The notes under the pieces: model-generated
The model's input: the letters and a program-made list of their open reading frames with translations, nothing else
What the model was told of the DNA's origin: nothing
The model's database searches: none
Position numbers and translations under genes: made by a program
Source: Terrimicrobiaceae bacterium
GTDB lineage: Bacteria; Verrucomicrobiota; Verrucomicrobiia; Chthoniobacterales; Terrimicrobiaceae
Length of the DNA stretch: 19,264 bases
Assembly: GCA_044342325.1 (NCBI GenBank)
Contig: JBIIPZ010000048.1
Location: 1-19,264 of the forward strand
Direction: 5' to 3'
In this document: in pieces, positions 15,105-19,264 of the stretch
How the letters are laid out: every line of letters starts with the position of its first letter
Numbering within the stretch: position 1 is the stretch's first letter

Positions 15105-17357
15105 TCACTTGCTCTTCATGACATACACCCCGTTCCAATCGGCTCCGGGCGGGTTGGCCATGAGGTAGCGCGTGCGATCGATCATCACTAGCGAGGGAGT
15201 GGTCGGCGAATCGGGGTTGCGCTCCGGACGATTGGTTTCAAGTGGGGCGGACTTTTCGAAGCAATCGAGTGCGGGAGCCCAACGCTGACTGCGGTAGTGT
15301 TCGACACCCTCGGCATACAATTCGATACACTGCTGCGTCTCCGCATCGAGGTCCTTGCGCAGGCACACCACCTCATACATCTCGGCAGGTTCGCTGCGAC
15401 CTTTGACGATGATTTTGTCCAGAAATCGAAAGACACAGTCATCACCCCCAGCCTCTGCGGAGCGCATGGTCTCGCCGGTGACCATGGTATAAACGCCGTA
15501 GCTCTTGGCACCGCTCTCGCAGCGAGCGGCGAGGTTCACCATGTCCCCCATCATTGTGTAGTTGAATCTTTTTTCCGACCCCATGTTGCCCACGGTGGCG
15601 TGCCCGGTGTTCGTGCCGATACGCATCTGCATTCGGCAAACAAAAGGTGGCCACTTGTCGCCTTCGGAAGCCCATTTCGCGCGCAATTCCGCCAGGCGCT
15701 TGTGGAGAAGTTGAGTGGCCACGCAGGCTTTGAGGGCGTGGTTTTCAAGCTCCACCGGAGAATTGAAAATGCCAACGATCGCATCGCCGATGTATTTATC
15801 CACATAGCACCCCTCCTCCATGAGAATATCCGTCATGGCGCTCAGGTATTCATTCATGAGCGCGACGAGTTGCTGCGGAGTAAGCATCTCGGAGAATCCG
15901 GAGAACCCCTGGACATCCGAGAAAAAGGCCGTGATCTCGGCATCGATGCCGCCGAGTTTCGGTTCCTCACCGCTGTCCACCATCTTTTCGACGAGGGATG
16001 GCGAGAGATAGGTGCCAAACATACCCGTGATGCGGCGCTTTTGCCTCCGCTCGTTCGAGAGGTGGATCAGCGCTCCGTAGAAGGTGCAGGAGAGAGCGGC
16101 GCCAACCGGAGCGACGAGAGGGATAATGAGATCATGCGTGGAAAAAAGTAAAAAGGCCGCGCCGATGTAGCCCAGCACCGTCAAGGCCCCGCAAATCCTC
16201 GCGACAGCATTGAACCGAGGTGGCACGATGCTGAATGACGCCGCCACAAAGCCGAGCAGGAAGATCAAAGCACAATTCACCCAGATCGGTGGACGCTCAA
16301 TGAATCGTCCCGAGAGGAGTGTTTTCAGAAGGTTCCCGTGCACAGAGACGCGGGGAACGGCATGGGATCCATTGAGCGGCATGAGGCTGATGTCCTTGAG
16401 CAGAGGATCCACCGGCCCGATGAGGACCACACTGTCCTTGAAGGGTGCAAAAAATTCCCGCGCCATTTGTTTCTCCTCTTCGGTGCCATTTTGGAGCGCC
16501 TGAGCAAAAGCCATCACATGCACGAGGCTCGCGTGGTGGTCCTTCTCCATCCACGCACCGAACCAATTCGGCTCCGCAAGTTGCCCCATGCGAAGGGGAA
16601 TGCTCGCCACTGTGGAGCCGTCATCTTTTTTCACAACCAGCTTATCCTCCTCGATGGTCAACGCCGAGGCGGGAAGGCCCCAATAGATCAAGGCCAGCTT
16701 GAGTGACATCGGCAAGTAGGTATGGGTCGAGGTCTTTGCAAAAAACGGAGCATAACGCACATCGTTGCCAACCGTGTCGATCAGCCCCACATGGCCCCAA
16801 GTAGGCCCAACGATCGGGAATGCCGGCAGTTCCGGCGCTTCATCCTCCGGGTCGATTTGCCTTTTTTGAAAAACAAACGGGAAGACGCCCTTCGTGCCAA
16901 AGGTGGCGGCCGCAACGACATTTTTATTTTTGTGAATGGATTTCCCCAGCGCCTTGCTCCCCGCCTCAGCCTCGTCGCGCCCAAGCGCAGGGATCCCCGC
17001 CATGGAGAAAACAAAGTCCAGACCCGCCGCCTTGATTCCCCCGTGCTGGAATAACGCATCCAGCGTGATCGCAAAATACTCGCGATTCCAAGGGAAATTC
17101 CCAAGCCGGCTGATCGATTCCGTATCCACGTCCACATAGCAAACCTTCACCGGCGCATCCATCGATCCACGCAAGTTGAACCGCGCATCAATCGAATGAT
17201 TCTCAAACGGAGCGAGAAATCCATCCGGACCAAGGAAACTTTGACGCTCGGTGAAAGGAGTCAGCGGAAGCTGGGAAAGCAGCGTCCAAATCCCGCAAAA
17301 AACAAAAAAAACCAAAACGGAAACGACCGTCTGCAGATGAGATATTTTTTTAGCCAC
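15105..17357 (-). CDS. CHASE2-domain membrane-bound class III adenylate cyclase
   Basis: N-terminal TM helix, CHASE2 motifs (YVDVDTESISRLGNFPWNR, GLDFVFS, VLIG, VHGNLLKTLL) and three TM helices. Cyclase core FGTYLSP, AFFSDVQGFS, VDKYIGDAI, MRIGTNTG..TVGNMGS..RFNYTMMGDMVNLAARCE and VKGR. GTG start with GGAGG 8 nt upstream. Confidence 0.95.
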   Translation of the reverse strand: MAKKISHLQTVVSVLVFFVFCGIWTLLSQLPLTPFTERQSFLGPDGFLAPFENHSIDARFNLRGSMDAPVKVCYVDVDTESISRLGNFPWNREYFAITLDALFQHGGIKAAGLDFVFSMAGIPALGRDEAEAGSKALGKSIHKNKNVVAAATFGTKGVFPFVFQKRQIDPEDEAPELPAFPIVGPTWGHVGLIDTVGNDVRYAPFFAKTSTHTYLPMSLKLALIYWGLPASALTIEEDKLVVKKDDGSTVASIPLRMGQLAEPNWFGAWMEKDHHASLVHVMAFAQALQNGTEEEKQMAREFFAPFKDSVVLIGPVDPLLKDISLMPLNGSHAVPRVSVHGNLLKTLLSGRFIERPPIWVNCALIFLLGFVAASFSIVPPRFNAVARICGALTVLGYIGAAFLLFSTHDLIIPLVAPVGAALSCTFYGALIHLSNERRQKRRITGMFGTYLSPSLVEKMVDSGEEPKLGGIDAEITAFFSDVQGFSGFSEMLTPQQLVALMNEYLSAMTDILMEEGCYVDKYIGDAIVGIFNSPVELENHALKACVATQLLHKRLAELRAKWASEGDKWPPFVCRMQMRIGTNTGHATVGNMGSEKRFNYTMMGDMVNLAARCESGAKSYGVYTMVTGETMRSAEAGGDDCVFRFLDKIIVKGRSEPAEMYEVVCLRKDLDAETQQCIELYAEGVEHYRSQRWAPALDCFEKSAPLETNRPERNPDSPTTPSLVMIDRTRYLMANPPGADWNGVYVMKSK

Positions 17358-17365
17358 AAAGAAAT

Positions 17366-17421
17366 CCTCCGAAATCAGAAAACAATGCGCACTCTCTGAG
17401 CCTTCCGAAACGAACTGTCAA
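17366..17421 (-). promoter_or_regulatory. RBS and possible -35 element of the adenylate cyclase gene
   Basis: GGAGG at 17370-17366 and TTGACA at 17421-17416 on the - strand. The matching -10 (CAGAGA/GAGAGT) is poor. Confidence 0.4.
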
Positions 17422-17428
17422 ACCTTGC

Positions 17429-17453
17429 GCGCGGCGGGCAAGCCATGCCGCGC
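17429..17453 (-). terminator. GC-rich stem-loop downstream of the MFS gene (no U-tract; 3' stabiliser or weak terminator)
   Basis: GCGCGGC (17429-17435) pairs with GCCGCGC (17447-17453) around an 11-nt loop, about 20 nt after the MFS stop. Confidence 0.35.
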
Positions 17454-17474
17454 ACACGCTTCGACGACCTACAA

Positions 17475-18875
17475 TCAATCGTGCACAGGCAGTTTTTTCC
17501 AATCTTGATACAACCTCCAGAGGAAGAAGAGGGCGATGGCCGACCAGAAGATGCTCCAGAGCGGGATGAAGCGATAGGCGTAGTCGCTGCCGTTGTAGAG
17601 GTGCTTCATTAGATCCATGAAGAGGCCGCCGACGAAACCGCCCGCAATCGTGGCCACGGAGCGCACCAGAGCGTTGGCGGAGCAGAATTGGCCGTAGCGA
17701 TCAAGCGGCAGCACCCGCATATACATTGGCAACATCATCGCTTCCGTGAGCACCGCAAACGGCAGGTTGACTGCGGTGATGCAAATCGAAACATAAAACG
17801 CCGTCGCTGGAGCAAAATCGAAGAACAGCCAGATCAACCCAAGCGGAAGAAAAAACAAATTGATCACCTTGACCCAGAGGAGCACACGCAGGGGATGGAA
17901 ACGGTCACCCAGCGCGCCGGCCGGGTAGGTCAGCATCATGTTCATGAAACTCACGGCGCCGCTGATCATGCCGATCTGTGCCAGATCGAGGCCGATGGAT
18001 TTTTGCAGGAAGACATTGAATACGCCGAGCGTTCCGGCTATGGCCCAGAATGCTGTGCAGAGGAAGAGATTCCAGAAGTAGGGCTTGCTGTAGCACTCGA
18101 CCATGTAGACTTTCACTTCGGCTATGAGGCCGGTGCGGCCCCCTTCGGATTCCGGCGGCGGGGGATATTCCCCCTCCTTCACCTTCCAGCACATGAGCCC
18201 CATGCCAATGGCATAAACAAGCGCCGCACCCACATAAATTTCGGTCATGTGGGACTCGGCATACTTGAAGATGAAAAATCCAAAAATCATCGACTCGAAG
18301 CTGGAGACGATGCGGAAGAGTCCCATGAAACGCCCGAGGAAATTGTGCGGGACGACATCATTGAACAAATACCAGAAGACCGAGTTCACAAACATGTCGA
18401 AGAATTTGAACGACACCATGAAAACACCGATACAGGTTATGCTTACGGCCGAGACAGACATGCCCCATGCAGAAGGCAGGATGCCGTGCAGCGCGCGGCC
18501 GATCTGCTCGGAGAACCCGAGAAGAAGAAGAGACGCGGTCAGGAATGGCAGTGTGTAAAGAATGAAGGGAATCCGGCGTCCCAACGGCCCACGATGCCTG
18601 TCGCTCTTGAAGCTCACCCACGGGCATATGGTCATGTTCAAAATGCCCGGCAGCGTGACCATGATCAACGCAATCGCCCAGTTCGGCGCATCCAATGAGC
18701 GCAGCTTGAGAGGAATGATCGCCGGATTGAGCGACTCCATGACTTGAAAACAAAAATCGCCCCAGAGCAGCCACGCGAAGAGCGAGACGAGTCCCATCTT
18801 CGTGTAGGTGAGTGTGCCAACAGTGTAGCGCGCTGACGGATCGGAAGAGGGAGGCTGTGAAGCACACTTGCTCAT
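17475..18875 (-). CDS. MFS transporter (GPH/sucrose-maltose-like motif; substrate unknown)
   Basis: About 12 hydrophobic segments. Loop 2-3 motif SDRHRGPLGRRIPF, loop 8-9 motif GALGDRFHPLR, plus DVVP..FLGRF.GL and LPLDRYGQFCSAN. Confidence 0.92.
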   Translation of the reverse strand: MSKCASQPPSSDPSARYTVGTLTYTKMGLVSLFAWLLWGDFCFQVMESLNPAIIPLKLRSLDAPNWAIALIMVTLPGILNMTICPWVSFKSDRHRGPLGRRIPFILYTLPFLTASLLLLGFSEQIGRALHGILPSAWGMSVSAVSITCIGVFMVSFKFFDMFVNSVFWYLFNDVVPHNFLGRFMGLFRIVSSFESMIFGFFIFKYAESHMTEIYVGAALVYAIGMGLMCWKVKEGEYPPPPESEGGRTGLIAEVKVYMVECYSKPYFWNLFLCTAFWAIAGTLGVFNVFLQKSIGLDLAQIGMISGAVSFMNMMLTYPAGALGDRFHPLRVLLWVKVINLFFLPLGLIWLFFDFAPATAFYVSICITAVNLPFAVLTEAMMLPMYMRVLPLDRYGQFCSANALVRSVATIAGGFVGGLFMDLMKHLYNGSDYAYRFIPLWSIFWSAIALFFLWRLYQDWKKLPVHD

Positions 18876-19026
18876 GCTTTTTTGCCTCAGGCTTGAAACT
18901 CAATCATTTGATGGCAGGAAAACTCAGGGATGCGAACTGTCACCGATACCCCTCTTTTGCGCGGCAGTGATGAGTGGTGGGGTGGTGTCAGCGAGTGATT
19001 CGGCGTCTTCCGAGGAAACATTTGGG

Positions 19027-19263
19027 TCATGCGGGACGATGACCCTCCAAAGTTTTTCGTTTGGCTCGGCGGCGGAGGTATTGGACGACGACGCCGGCGA
19101 GAAGCGCGACGGCATAGAAGTAGGTTTCGGTTTCGGGGACTGCTATGATTTCGCGATTGTAGGTTCCACTTGTGATTTGAAATGCGTTTGCAATGAAGCT
19201 GCTTTGCTCGATGCCGCTATAGAAGTGGATTTGTTGCAGTTGAGAGGTGCTGAGAGCGGTGGT
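19027..19263 (-). CDS. 3' end of a surface protein with a variant PEP-CTERM sorting signal (5'-truncated; not in the ORF track)
   Basis: Manual translation: TTALSTSQLQQIHFYSGIEQSSFIANAFQITSGTYNREIIA-VPETET-YFYAVALLAGVVVQYL-RRRAKRK-TLEGHRPA*, with stop TGA at 19029-19027. This is the tripartite signal of motif, hydrophobic helix and basic cluster. Confidence 0.85.
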   Translation of the reverse strand, partial: TTALSTSQLQQIHFYSGIEQSSFIANAFQITSGTYNREIIAVPETETYFYAVALLAGVVVQYLRRRAKRKTLEGHRPA

Positions 19264-19264
19264 G

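Noticed and set aside
17688..18698. 336-aa antisense ORF opposite the MFS gene, His/Glu/Asp-rich
   Set aside because: Its composition is the mirror of hydrophobic ATG/TTC/ATC/GTC codons on the coding strand; a typical shadow ORF.
18924..19115. 63-aa ORF MPSRFSP... on the - strand from the ORF track
   Set aside because: It overlaps out of frame the sorting-signal-bearing frame ending at 19027, is closed upstream by TAG at 19145-19143, and has no recognisable features.
1..19264. CRISPR arrays, tRNA/rRNA, IS elements, integrases, defence or toxin genes
   Set aside because: No regularly spaced repeats, terminal inverted repeats, cloverleafs or nuclease/recombinase motifs were seen. Nearly all sequence is accounted for by the CDSs listed.

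Overview
A gene-dense bacterial chromosomal window, probably from Verrucomicrobiota (Chthoniobacterales/Spartobacteria-like). This is inferred from the gene families and the PEP-CTERM-type tail, not from a database search. The left arm on the + strand carries a 5'-open Lys/Ala/Pro/Thr-rich DUF2934-type protein, a gamma-carbonic-anhydrase-family protein, pgsA and lysA. A secreted AttH/CrtC-like protein converges on lysA from the - strand. The centre (+) has a cytoplasmic TPR protein, then a tightly linked envelope cassette: a polyprenyl-phosphate sugar phosphotransferase, an exosortase fused to an EpsI-like domain, and a membrane-anchored helical-repeat protein. A SufR/COG2345-like HTH regulator lacking the C-terminal cysteines follows. 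The right arm (-) holds a dapF-dapA-dapB-folK-panB operon, a CHASE2 class III adenylate cyclase and an MFS transporter. At the right edge is the 3' end of a gene missing from the ORF track, ending in a variant PEP-CTERM sorting signal (VPETET + TM helix + RRRAKRK). The most interesting element is the putative sorting/glycosylation cassette together with this variant substrate. Several sigma70-like promoters sit almost on start codons, suggesting leaderless or short-leader mRNAs. No RNA genes, CRISPR arrays or mobile elements were seen.
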